64,000 bases of DNA, taken from positions 24,988,001 to 25,052,000 of the forward strand of contig CM075989.1 of NCBI GenBank assembly GCA_038087875.1. Reading direction: 5' to 3'. Positions 1 through 13,002 of the stretch are shown one piece after another. This DNA is from Malacoraja senta (taxonomy: Eukaryota). Position 1 is the first letter of the stretch, and each line of letters starts with the position of its first letter. The notes below the pieces were generated by a model, which worked only from the letters and a program-made list of their open reading frames with translations, ran no database searches and was not told the origin of the DNA. A program made the translations under genes and the position numbers.

Positions 1-549
1 CCAGAGAGACAAAAGAAGTGGGGGCAACGGGTGGGATGGAGAATGACTTGAGTTTGGAGCGCACTGACTGCACGCAGATTCAATAAAACTTTCAAAGCAA
101 TTTGGGTAAATAGTTGAATGGGTGAAACATTGTCGACACAAGCGCCATTGGTCACGTTACTTCCTTCTACACTATCATCAATCTTATTCTATGATGACAA
201 ACAACTTATCTAAATCATAGAGACGGCTAGTATTGTCTAAATATTTTTCAGATTCAGCCTCTTCTTGAAACATTGCTGGTAAAACTAGAAGCCACAAGAT
301 TCAACAGCAAACTAAATGCTCTCATCTGTCGCTTCTGTTGAGTTTCAAATGCCTCCTGTAGTATTTTAAACTCATAGCATTAGGCGATACCATCCTGTAG
401 CTCTGTGATATTATACCAGTGAATGTCACAGCCAAAGTTAGAGTTTAAGAATAAGGACCTTGTCCAATGTTAGGCCTCTTCTGAGTTTCTTAGCTGCAAT
501 CATTGCATCACAACGGTTTTGCTGGATGTTTAAAGAGGCAAGTTTCAAT

Positions 550-830
550 CAAGAGATACAAGGAACTGTAGATGCTGGAATCTTGCATAGAAAACAAAGT
601 GCTGGAGTAACTCAGCAGGTCAGGCAGCATCTCTGGAGAACATGGATAGGTGACTTTTCAGGTTGGAAACCTTTCTTCAGACTAACTGCAATATCGGGGG
701 TGGGAAGCTGGAGAAGAGGTAGGATCACTAACAGGCTTTGCCAGTTCCGACCTGAAACGTCACCTATCCATGTTTCACCACAGATGCTGCCTGACCCGCT
801 GAGTTACTCCAGCACTTTGTGTTCTACACA
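550..830. mobile_element. Penelope-like (pLTR/hammerhead) repeat, inverted pair
   Basis: gctggagtaactcagc...cttcttcagac followed by its reverse complement gaaacgtcacctatcc...gctgagttactccagc. Confidence 0.7.
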
Positions 831-1413
831 TAGTTCCAGTGGGGTTCTCTACCATGGGAACATGGTTAATTATGACAGATGAGTTACCGATGGGTTAGAG
901 GTGGCATCACAAAATTTTGACATCAGCTTCATTCAAGGCTGCTGGAGAGTAAACTAAAGCAGTGTAAAATAGGCATCCTGAATGGTTCCAGCTTAGGTTG
1001 ATGTTATTGCTTCTCCTGCCCAACCACCCCACCAATCATAACATCATCTGGAAAACCTGGACAAACCACTCCTAATGAAGCAGCACATTCAGGGGGGAGG
1101 GATGGAAAACCAACAACACAATAAAATAAATATTATCAAGCACTTTGAGATGTACAGAAGGCAAACATGGGCAGATATTTGGTCTTAAGGATTTTTATGA
1201 ATAGGGTCAAAAGAAAATAAATCAAAGAGACAGCTTGTGAATGTTAAGATCACGTGGGGTAGGTCTATAGTTAGACGGTGAAAAAGGAGCGTTTTAATGT
1301 AAAAGGAAGGAATTTACAGGAGGACCTCTGTCCCAAGTCAATCTCACTAAAAACTCAAATATAGACCAAAGGGGTTTGCCCCTGAGTGTTTAATGCTGTA
1401 TCCTTGCAGTTCT

Positions 1414-1554
1414 CCTTCTTCTTCTCGCGTATGGCATGTACAGCCTAAAGTTGTAAGACAACTTGTTCTGTTTGATCTTCTGTTTGTGCACGCCAAGGTT
1501 GATTGTATCTGTCGAAACAGGGTGGACCATGTGAAGGTTGCAATCTCCCACATC
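1414..1554 (-). mobile_element. Family A HDV-ribozyme retroelement, decayed copy
   Basis: TSD tgcagttct (1405-1413 / 1555-1563). Alignable end to end with 32737-32874, with mismatches in P1, P2, L3 and J4/2. Confidence 0.88.
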
Positions 1555-3220
1555 TGCAGTTCTGACTATCTTTCACTTAAAGTATACATTATTGTTCATT
1601 GTCTGCAAACTGAAAGGTGAATCACAGTGCAGTGTCGTTTATAAAAGTGTTGCTTAAAGTAGTCATACACTTTATACACCATCTGAAGAAGGGTCTCGAC
1701 CCAAAACGTCACCCATTCCTTCTTTCCAGAGATGCTGCCTGTCCCGTTGAGTTACTCCAGCATTTTGTGTCTATCACCATTGCTGCATTGTTAAAGCATT
1801 AGTTTCAAAGACATTTTTTGATATTAGTCCAATGTAATATTTTTTAACATTCCTGGAATTCAGTAAACTCCCTGTAATGTGGAAAATCGGCATGAGAAGA
1901 AAACATTATATTTTAATCTCTTGGAGTAGCATCAAATGATTGGTGGCAAATATCACAATCTCATGTATAATGAGACAAAAATACCATCAGGAGTCATCAT
2001 TCGCAGGACACAGCAAGTGGAAATGACTAAGGAAGGGTGAGAAAAAACACCAGTTCTAAACTCAAGAGTGAGTAGCCATCTGGACAGGACACAAGTATGG
2101 AGGAGGTGGGCTTGGAAAGAATAGAGTTTCTTGTGATTGAGTAAACACTGTGGCATGACAGTAGTGCAGTGTAGAGGTCAGAATGCAGGCACTGAAGCAT
2201 AACAATAGTTCCATGCTCATACTTAACTGATGAGGATAATTCAGAACTCATTTGCCCAAAAAAGTTAAGCTCAGAATATCATTTCTATTGAACTTCTAAC
2301 AAAATAGAATTGCACACTTGCCAAATGTTAACATCGCAGACTGGTTCCTTACAAACAGTGAATTGAAAGATTCTCTCAGGCCGACACTGAAATGGTGAGA
2401 ACATCGACATGTCAGATACACAGCCTAACTCTGGTCTCTGAGGGTCTGACCATGGTATCCAGGCCTAAAGTGAAATCAAGTCAACACTTGCAGGGAGTGA
2501 GTGTGTCCACTCCTGCTTCTGACGGGTGACTGAATGGGAAATCTCTGAGCTACTGCTTTCTCCTCTAAATGACCAAGAGGGAGGTGAACGTAAAGCTGTT
2601 TCTCTACTCTGGACAGATGAGCAGAAAAAGGAGAACTTCCGTAATATAGCGCCTTTAACTTATCTTTCAAAACAGCCCAAGATTCCTCTCTGGTCCACTG
2701 CTTGCAGAAGGCTAGTATGCAGGTATAGAAAGTAATTTGGAAAGCTAACCAAATGTTATTGTTTATTGTGAGAGGAATTAAATGCAACGGGTGGAACTTC
2801 ATATTTCAGTTCCACAGGTGATTGATGAGACCACAAAGTATTAGTCCTCCTCGGGACAGGAATGTGGAGGAAACAAAATGGGATTATTTTAGGATTAGTG
2901 TAAATGAAAGCTGGATGTTTCATGCGGGCTCGATGGGCCAAAGGACGGCTGTATCTCCCTCTCTCGGTTGGTGACAAATGTCTATGCAGATACAAAGAAC
3001 TGCAGATGTTGGCTTACAAAAAAAAAGACAAAGTGCTGGAGTAACTCAGCAAGTTAGGCAGCATCAGGACAGGTGATGTTTCGGGTTACCTATCCATGTT
3101 CTCACGAGAAGCTGCCTGACTCCCTGAGATACTCTAGCACACTTTAAAAAAAAGTTAATACTTTGGAAACACTGCAGAGAAAAAATTGCTAGACTAGTGC
3201 CTAGAATGGACAGGTTGTTA

Positions 3221-3650
3221 GTTATTTATTTATTATTATTAACCTTATTTGTTTAGCACTTTTCATACAATTGAATGCAACCCAGTGCTTTCCACAAAAA
3301 CACAGGTCTAAACAAAAATACAATTTAACACAGTGATATAGACAGTTAATAGCATAAAAAGCACACATTTATATTAAAATAATTTAAAAATTGAGAGTGT
3401 AAAAGGATAAAAACAAAAACACTGATGTCAAATACAGAGTCCCGTATACTATATGATCACACACTCTGCTGAAGTCAGAGTCCCATATACTATACGAGCA
3501 AACAAGCGGAGATAAATACAAGAGAATCAAGGTAAAGTCAGTTAAAAGATTGATTAAAAAGATAAGTATTTAGCTGCCATTTAAAAATGTCAACTGAGTG
3601 GGCGTCTCTCATAGCCCTGGGTGGGGTATTCCACAGCTTGGGGCTGCTCA
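3221..3650 (-). mobile_element. L2 LINE 3' fragment
   Basis: Minus strand reads PKLWNTPPRAMRDAHSVDIFKWQLNTYLF (L2-type ORF2 end), followed by an (AATA)n-like tail. Confidence 0.6.
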
Positions 3651-5856
3651 ACCAATCTTCTTATTGCTGCGGCATTGAGAGGCTAACGGGTACAAAAGGT
3701 TTGGGCGGCTAATGTTGTTTCAACTACAATTTAAAAGAGTGAAAGCGACTTGATTCTTTTGACATTTTGAGGTGGAAGATGAAAGGAACTGTATTAGTCT
3801 TTTTAATTTTGCAATAATTTATGCAGATGGTCGAGTAAGGAAGCATTCCACGCTGAATGTATTTGTTACTAATTGTGAGATTGTACTGGCAGTTGTCAAG
3901 TGGGACTGTGTCCAGAAGCATCAAGGTGAAGTCAACAGACCCAGGGTTGCTGGATCACATGCTGCACCTGCCAGCACCAACAACAGGCCTAAGCTGTGAT
4001 CACTGCAGTCAGAGGCAGCTCCTGTGTTCTCACCACTAACTCACACAGATGTCTGACTTTCACATCAACCACTTACAATTATGTGGTGCCTTTCAGGGCA
4101 AACTTACCAAAACACTTCACAGAAGCTCTACCAAATACAAATGGGCAGCAAGAGAAATTATGGAGGAGGGAGACCAGGGCAGATACCAACCCTTCCTCAA
4201 GTAAAATGGGACATCTTTTTGAATATCAAAGCTTACTAGATCAAGGGGGACCTGTTGGGTCCCGTCCCTGACGGACTGTAGTCGAGCCGCTGCCGATAGA
4301 CGCCGCCACACCACACCAGATGAAACGGAAGATGGGTTGGATAACTTCCATCATGGACAATTGGGCCAGTTACATGGATGAGGATGAAGTAGCATTATGC
4401 CTCATCCATACTGCAGTTGGGGATCGAGTGTATACGTCCTCCAGCACTCGGCTGCCTTGGTCAGTACCAAAGATCTTTGGTCAGTACAACTCACACTGAG
4501 CCATTGGCAAAGGACTTTGGATTTCCACATCATGATTACAATCTGTGCCCTGGTTATTATTTGTCCAATTCCAAATTTATTCATGGGATTCTCGTCTCCA
4601 ATCAGAAGTAAAACGTAAGCATCACACGCAATGATTTACACCAGCAGGTTACTCTCATTTTACAGGCAGACGGTTAAAGCTCGTTCTTGCCATTATTGAG
4701 CTGGCCTGTTAATGTAAACATTTTACTCTCAACTTGTGGATACATTTCAACTAAATAATGAATGGTCCACTTAAACAGTCAGAACCAGAGAGAGAGAAGT
4801 GTCCTGACCAAAAACGTCACCGATCTATGTTCCTCACAGATGCTGCCTGACCCGCTGAGTTACTCCAGCACTCTGTGTCCTTTCCTTTTAAATTTAATAC
4901 ATCTTTGACCACAAGCATGGATATCATTTACATTTCTTATCCAAATATCATTGGGGTCTGGGAGATTGAATAAAATGGTGGAAAAGTAACAGTCAAATTA
5001 TGGAAAAATATGAGAAAGATTTGAGAGAAGAAGGGCCAAGCGATGAGATAATAATCCAGAAAACAAGAGTTTAAATTCTACAACGCCAGTCTGATTATTT
5101 GTATACAATTTATTTTTTTAAACAGGATGGGCCAATCTGACGCATGATCATCAAGTTTTTGGTTTTAAACCAATTTTTTTTTCAAATGAAAGCCATCCTT
5201 ACTTTGTTCAGCCACGGTGTGACTTTATCCAATAGCACCCTCCAAACATTGTAGGCAAATCCTTCACTGAATCACTTTCAGCCACATTGCTGTTCTCCAG
5301 CCCGAGTGCCCAGCACAGCTGGAGAAGGGCAATTATCACTGGCCCTGCCATCAACACCCACCTCTTGAGAAATGAATTGGAAAAAACATTTAACATATGA
5401 TATGGGAAAAACTTTCTTTCAATCTCACCAGAACAAGGAGGAGTAATTCTATATTCATCAGCTGGGCAGACCCACACAACTTCCAAGTAAAGGAAGTGTG
5501 TGGAAAGAGATAATGAAATCCACATCAGAGCTTTGAGAGAAAAAGCACTGGGCTGTCACTCCTTTGCTGGAACCTCCACCTCTGCTTCTCCAGTAGCTGC
5601 TCCTGCCTCCGTGTATGTGTGTTTCACAAACTCCGTCATGCTTATCCATACAGTGTACAGTATAAAACAATCCACTTCCACCCGAGTCAGGGCAGCGGGC
5701 GATAGATAGATGGTCACAGCAGGCAGAGGGCACTGAACGCATCATCTACCTTCATTGCCTACAACTCACTTGATTTCCAGTTTAAGGCTTTCCTGCCACG
5801 CTTTGCCCTGCCTCTCCCCTTCACCAGCTTTCTCTTCCCCCACTCCCCTACAATCA

Positions 5857-6315
5857 GTCTGAAGAAGGGTCCCGACCCGAAACATCACCTATCCATGTTC
5901 TCCAGAGATGCTGCCTGACCCGCTGAATTACTCCAGCACTCTGTGAAACATCACCTATCCATGTTCTCCAGAGATGCTGCCTGACCTGCTGAGTTACTCC
6001 AGCACTATGTGAAACATCACCTATTCATGTTCTCCAGAGATGCTGCCTGACCCACTGAGTTACTCCAGCACTATGTGAAACATCACCTATCCATGTTCTC
6101 CAGAGATGCTGCCTGACCCGCTGAGTTACTCCAGCACTATGTGAAATGTCACCTATCCATGTTCTCCAGAGATGCTGCCTGACCCGCTGAGTTACTCCAG
6201 CACTATGTGAAATGTCACCTATCCATGTTCTCCAGAGATGCTGCCTGACCCGCTGAGTTACTCCAGCACTCTGTGCCCCCTTGTGCAGTAACCAGCATCT
6301 GCAGATCCTTGTCTC
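5857..6315 (+). repeat. Penelope-like repeat: hammerhead core followed by six tandem 66-bp units
   Basis: CTGAAGAagggtcccgacccGAAA at 5859-5882. Units begin at 5879, 5945, 6011, 6077, 6143 and 6209. Confidence 0.85.
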
Positions 6316-7789
6316 TGCACTGTCATCAGCTTTTGTTTTGAGCCTTTCAATTTTTTCCACTGTATTTTATTTACAATGTAATCATATTTCATTACTAGTA
6401 AACAGGACACTGTCAGCACTTTCCACAGGCTTTGGTGTTGTTCTGAGGAATATGTGCTTTTAGATTTCACTGATTGTATGTATTGAGAATTATTCCTCTC
6501 CAGTTTTGTTGTCTATAACGTTCAGAAACATCCTCATTATACCCACGGGCATTTAAAAGACATTTGGACAAGTACATGGATAGGAATATTTTAAATGGAC
6601 ATGGGCCTAACACAGGCAGATGGGACTAGCATAGATGGAGCATCTTGGGAAGCATGGGCAAGTTGGGCCAAAGGGCCTGTTTCCATGCTTTATGACTATG
6701 AATCTAACTATCAAATTATATTCCAGCAGCTTTTATAAATTTCTTTATAATCAAAATCCTTTGGGTGGCTTGTTACATACTGCCTGTTACATACTAACAA
6801 GGAGACATTCTGTTGCTGAGTAACTAACATGTTTCGGCCACTGGATCAGCATGGAATTGGAAATTGGAGAAGGATACGTTAAACAATGCCACCTTCCCAC
6901 TGCCTGTAGCTTCGCACATCCATTGCCGGGAACGTACCTGTTCCCTAATGTCTCCCAGTTGCCACTTTTCCATAGAGGGAGGATGTTGGGAAGCCAATTC
7001 GCAGGCTTTGCTCACCAGAGTTATTCTCGTTTGGGAGATTTTTAAACAATGGTCATGAACGTGAATGATGGAAAACTCCCACCACACCCTCAAATGTTGT
7101 GGGAACCACCTTCTGTAGGACAGCCATTGTCTTGAATAGACAGAGTAAATGGCAGAACATTTGGCTCCGGTTCCTGGCAACAACCTTGGGAAGATCAGTC
7201 ACTGGGTGATTTCACCTGCTTCTGCTGACTTCAAAGGAGCCACAAATGCAGGTGGTTTGTACTGACCATTGCTGATTCACTGCAGGCTATTGGCGCTGGC
7301 CATCAGAAACAAGAAGCAAGTTCTCCAGCGTATCTGTTACCACTTCCATTGATCCTGAGGGGATATGGGGAGAAGGCAGGAACGGGGTACTGATTGGGGA
7401 TGATCAGCCATGATCACATTGAATGGCGGTGCCAAATGGCCTACTTCTGCACCTATTGTCTATTGTCCGTGCGTAAACAATCGAGGCGTGAACCTTTAGA
7501 ATTCTCTCCCCCTGTCCTTCAAAATGTTCCTTGAAATCTCTCCTTGGACTCGGTTCTGAAGCCGCTAATGTTTTCCTAAAGCAGCTCGAGATGTTTTCTT
7601 CGACTGACGGTGATTTATGTAAACAAGTTGTTGCATTGTGCCCAACTCTATGACAGGCAAACGCTATGAAGCAGGTGCTAATAATGCAGATGCAAGGCAC
7701 CATGACACCAGACACACATTCCTGTAGATTTCATACTGAATTTATTTGGTCATTCTATATCAGACTCAAATGTTCATCAAGTACCCAGA

Positions 7790-7978
7790 AACACACAAAG
7801 TGCTGGAGTAACTCAGTGGGACAGGCAGCATCTCTGAAGAGAAGGAATGGGTGACTTCAGGTCCTGACCCGAATCGTCACCATTCCTTTTCTTCAGAGAT
7901 GTTGCCTGTCCCACTGAGTTACTCCAGCACTGTGTCTAACTTTGGTGTAAACCAGTACCTGCAGTTCCTTCCTACACC
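7790..7978. mobile_element. Penelope-like repeat, inverted pair
   Basis: Same family as 550-830; arms are reverse complements. Confidence 0.7.
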
Positions 7979-9269
7979 TGGAAAGGTATCATTGTATCTC
8001 AGTGTGATATTTCCCCTATAAGTGAAATCAACCATTTAACAGGCCATTTGTCATTAATGCTGAGATCATATTCAGGTTTTGATTTCTCTATCAGCTGGGT
8101 TGCAAACACTGTAACGGGTTCCTTATAGGTGACAAGAATTGTTGCGGAGAGAGAAAGGGCCCTGTCCGCTCCCTCTCCCTCTCTCTCTACATTGTACATG
8201 TACCAATCCCATTCCATTCTGAAAGGATAAATAGTTGAATGACTCAGATAAGCAATCTTTCCTCCTTTTCCAGGAAATGGGCGAAGCCTTGCTTGAAATT
8301 ATTACTCAGACATTTTGTGCTTGAGGAAGTGTCTCCTGGTATCACAAGCTATTGATTTCCTGTTGTGCTCGAATAATATTGGCATCACAGAGAGAGGCAG
8401 GAAGGGCAGGTTGGAAGCCCAAGACTTCAAATTCAATGCAAGTATACTTTACTTGTATGTTACTTAATTTTCAGACATTTACTATATCTTACATAAGCGG
8501 TGGGAAATGAAAGACCTTGACCAAAAACAAAACTTTGGACAGTGTAGGAAGGAACTGCAGATGCTGTTTTAAACCAAAGATAGACACAAAAAGCTGGAGC
8601 AACTCAGCAGGACAGGCAGCATCTCTGGAGAGAAGGAACAGGTGACGTTTCGGGTCGAGACCCTTCTTCAACTTTGGACAGTTTTACTCAAAATTCTAAT
8701 CCTTTGCCCAATTCTGTACTCTGACAAGAAATAAGATATGTTGTGTTATTCTTAGTACATCCATATCCTCAGTCACAGAATTTGGCTGCATTGTGTAGTG
8801 CAATGTGTAATGTCTGCTTCGAGGAACTGCAAGGTGAAAAGCCAGTTTTATTTGACAGCCTTGCATTCCATGTTGAATTTATGAAATATACTTTCAATTC
8901 CCACTACGTTTAAATATTTGAGATGGAGAAGGTACTTAATGTGCAGAACTGAATCTATACTGGAAGCTCTTGGCAATAGCAACACAGTCTACATGCCAGC
9001 AGAGCATTGTTATGTTTCTGTATCTGTGTGGATTTACAGGACAGATGTGCTAACAGCCACGCGTCCAGACAATGGTGCTGCTCGTATCTGAACATCCCCA
9101 CCACCTGCAGGTCAGCCAGAACACGTCCATTGGTCTCTTATCCATTATCTACTTCTTTAACAGATGTATTATTTATTTACTGCATGGTTAGTTTAGTTTA
9201 GAAATCCAGCATGCAAACAGGCCCTTCAGCCCACCGAGTCCACACTTTTGGCATGCTGTCCCTCCTCAC

Positions 9270-9820
9270 CAAGGGCATTGAGTATAGATGTTGGGATGTT
9301 AGGCTGTAGTTGGAGCATTGTGTTCATTTTTGATTACTCTGCTATAGAAAAGATGCCATTAAACGGGAAAGAATTCCGAACAAATTTACAAGAGTGTTGA
9401 CAGGACTTTGTTAATGGAAGAGGTTAAGCAGGCTAGCACTATTCCTTGGACAGTAGAAAAGGACAAAGGACAAAGGACAAAGGACATTTATTGTCACATA
9501 CACCAAATGGTGTAGTGAAATTTGTCTTGCCAGGGGTGATTTGAATAATGAGGGCCATAGATAGGGCGAATGCATACCGTCTTTTCTCCTAGAGATGGGA
9601 AATCAAGAATTGCAGAGCATAGGTTTAAGGTGTGAAGGGAAAGATTTAATAGGAACCTGAGGAGCAACTGTTCCCCTGTACAGAGGGTGGTGTGTATGTA
9701 GAACAAGCTAAAAATGGTTCAGAGGGATGTGGGTCATACCTGGGCAAATCGGTCTAGCTTAAATAGGCCTCTGAGATGGGCATGTACGTTGGGCTGAAGG
9801 GCCTGTTTCAGTGATCTATA
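9270..9820 (+). mobile_element. CR1 LINE 3' fragment, degenerate
   Basis: Decayed ORF2 C-terminal motifs and a gggctgaagggcctgttt tail. Confidence 0.6.
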
Positions 9821-10355
9821 CCTGGTATCTCGTTCAGTATCAGTTTCCATTGACTTTATAATCAGCAGGCAATTTCTTTCAGTGCGAGTTACAGATTTGT
9901 CCTTTCCAGTTCAGTCTTTTGTGGAAAAATGAAAAGAGCATCACTTTTGTGGAAAACTGAAAATTCCCGTAACACATTGTTCTGAGATTGGTTTTAATCG
10001 TTTCCCGTTCAGTAATTTTATACCCACCCAGCCTCCACAAAAGAAAATTATCCTGCCTGTAACTTAGATTTGTTCCTCAATTTCCTCAGAGAGGAACTTT
10101 ACCTCAATTCTGGAACAGAAACTCATAAGTGGGTATCTGATTTAATTCTGATACGGCATGTTTGCTACCTGTGATATCATTTAAAATTAAATTCCTTTTA
10201 ATAATAAATCCACCCTCTGACAAGTTAAATAAATAAAAGCACTAAAGTGGAAAACCTGGTTCATTTCAAGCATGAGAAACCCCTTTTTAAATGACGAAGG
10301 TTTCCGTGAAAGAGTCGTGTACTAATCGGCCTGTTCTTTGTGACAACATACACTC

Positions 10356-10655
10356 TAGTTTAGTTTAGAGATACAGTGTTGAAACAGGCCCTTTGGCCAA
10401 CCGAGTCTGTGCCAACCAATAATCAGCCATACACTAGTTCTATCCTACACACTAGGGACAATATACAGAGGGACAATTAACTTACAAACCTGCACGTCTT
10501 TGGGATGTGGGAGGAAACCACAGCACCCAAAGAAAACCCACACAGTCACAGGGAGAACGTACAACCTCCACATAGACAGCACCCGTGGTCAGGATCGAAC
10601 CCGGGTCTCCGGTGCCGAGAGGCAGCAACTTTACCGCTGCGCCACCGTGCCGCCC
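10356..10655 (-). mobile_element. tRNA-derived V-SINE (HE1-like), full length
   Basis: Pol III A/B-box head, central V-like domain (ggtttcctcccaca..ccaaagacgtgcagg), CR1-like tail ending (taaac)n. Confidence 0.85.
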
Positions 10656-10742
10656 TTACTGCAAACAAAAACTTACATTTACTGGCTACATTTACATTTG
10701 TTTTGCAGCTATCGGAGCAATAGGAATCATTGAATCATAATA

Positions 10743-11062
10743 GGCAGCTCAATGGTGCAGCGGGTAGAGCTGCTGCCTCACTGCGCCAGAGACACGGGTT
10801 TGATTCTCACCTCAAGTGCTGTCTGTATGTAGTTTGCACGTTCTCCGTGACCACATGGGTTTCCTTCAGGTGCTCCGGTTTCCCCCCACATTCCCAAAAC
10901 GTGCAGGTTTGTAGGTCAACCTGCCTCTGTAAATTGCCCCCAGTGTGTAGGGAGTGGATGAGAAAGTGGGATATCGTAAAACTAATGTGAATGGGTGATC
11001 AATGATCAGCATGGACTTGGTGGGCCGAAGGGACTGTTTCCATGCTGTATCTCTAAACTAAA
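10743..11062 (+). mobile_element. HE1-like SINE, full length
   Basis: Same family, opposite orientation to 10356-10655. Confidence 0.85.
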
Positions 11063-12844
11063 ATTTAAAATTACCAATAAATAGTAAAATAGGAATAATA
11101 AATAGGAAATTGTATTCATAGAACAATGCTGTCAACATTGGGAGGTGACCGATAGTTTGGCTGGAGTTTAATAATGATAATAATGAGGGGTACAGAGGCA
11201 TAGGTCACACAAAGGAAGATCATTGACCTTGTTGGGAGGTTAATAATCCAAATTCAACTCTTCACTGGACCAGTTCCAGCTCGTCACTAATAACGTTCGT
11301 CAGAGCAGCGTTCAAGGCTCAGCCATCTTGAGCTGCTCTGCCATTGACCATCCTGCTATCCTAACGCCAGGAATGGGGACATCTACTGATCAGTACTCAA
11401 TGTTCAAATCCATTCACAACTCCTCACAATACGAAGCAGGCCATGCCTGCATGCTGCAAGATTTAGATATCTTTCCGCCATGGATGAATAAGTAACATAC
11501 TGACCATGACGCCACTTTAACTAATCCCATCCCTCTGTTCCCTGCCTGTTCATGGGTCTCTCTAAATGCCTCTTAAAACTAGCTGTCATATCTGCTTGTA
11601 GTATTTGATATTTCCACCCAGTAAAAATAACTATTAACCCTCTCTATTCTTTGCATCATTTTATAAACTAAGACGTGCGAGTTTGTAGATTAGTTGGCCT
11701 CTGTAAATTGCCCCTAGTGTAGTGAGCGGGAAAGTAGGTTAACAGATCTAGTGTGAATGTGCGATCGATAGTTGGTGTGGACTCGGTGGGTCAAAGGATC
11801 TGTTTACATGCTGCATCTAAAAATTAAACCAATGTTATATAACAATTATCCAGTCAGCAAGTTGTCCAAGTTTAAGTCTAATGCTACATGCTATTTTGCA
11901 GAGAACCAGAAGGTGATTTTATATAATATACAAGTGGCCAGTGAATAGATTGGGGTGATTGGGCCTTTGACCTTCCAGCCAGGATGCCAATTCTCCACAA
12001 TAACCACTGATTACAGCAACCATTCATTATCCAAATCAGTGGAGTTGAACACTCTCAATAATGCATTGCCAATTAGGAACTCAGTATTATTTGCATCTTT
12101 CCACAACCAGGTGTCAGATATTCAGTCCCAGGTAGAGGTTACCGCAAGTTGCAGCATGAACTATGAACTCACGTCTGCTGTTTAATATGAATAGATTATA
12201 ATCAGCATTGAAACCTCTCCATAGGCGGACACAAACGTACACCCAGAGATGAGTGGCCCACCTAACTAAAGCCACACTCTTTGCCTGCCCAACTCAAACA
12301 ATGAAGCAAAATGATGCTAGGAATATTTATCTAAGCTACTTGGGAATTAAACTGACAAATCATCTGACTATACTTCCACAAATTTACTCCCACACTTTCA
12401 GAGAATTGTCATTTCAAAAATATGTGTAGCAGGAAGTTAGCTTACGTGCAATTGCTGGATCCATAAATAAGGCACCTTTTGACCTTTGGCATGTAAACAC
12501 CGGCCTTAAATGAAGCGAGCTGTGACGGATGACTACATAAGCTGGTTACATCCAGCATGTTCTTACAGTTAAGTGCAGAGAGATGGTATTGACAAACAAC
12601 TCTCAGCCCGTGCAGTGTGCCATTAGAAATGTAAAAACAGACCTCTCCCCACACTCACCCATTTGATAATTCAAAATCAGCTCAGCGGAAACAAACAATA
12701 ACCCTAACCAATGCATTGGGGCAGCATAACTAATTATTACAAGTAATGAAAGGATGACATGATCCTAGACTCTCACTGGGTCTCACCAAGGGATTCTATT
12801 GTGAAATTCACTCACTCGGTGTTCCAACATGCAAGTTCCAACAT

Positions 12845-13002
12845 GGGGTCAAGGAGAGCGTTCACGTCGCGGCCCTGTTTCCACCACCACGCACAAGGAC
12901 AAGAAGCGACAAGACAGACACCATTGTATGCAGATGTCAAGAAGTGTGTTCAGCTCTGGCTGAACAACGTCTAATCTTGTGTGTGGACTCGACAAGAAGA
13001 AG
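12845..13002 (+). mobile_element. ~158-bp HDV/CPEB3-like ribozyme-headed retroelement (family B; P4-J4/2 missing)
   Basis: TSD aagttccaacat (12833-12844 / 13000-13011). Head GGGGTC-AAGGAGA-GCG-TTCACGT-CGC-GGCCCT-G-TTTCC. 12-bp outer stem 12887-12898/12975-12986. Tail cgacAAGAAGAAG. Confidence 0.82.

Noticed and set aside
5879..6274. Regular repeat array superficially like a CRISPR array
   Set aside because: No unique spacers, no cas genes, vertebrate context; these are plain tandem units.
10590..10655. tRNA-like sequence
   Set aside because: It is the head of an HE1-like SINE, not a tRNA gene.
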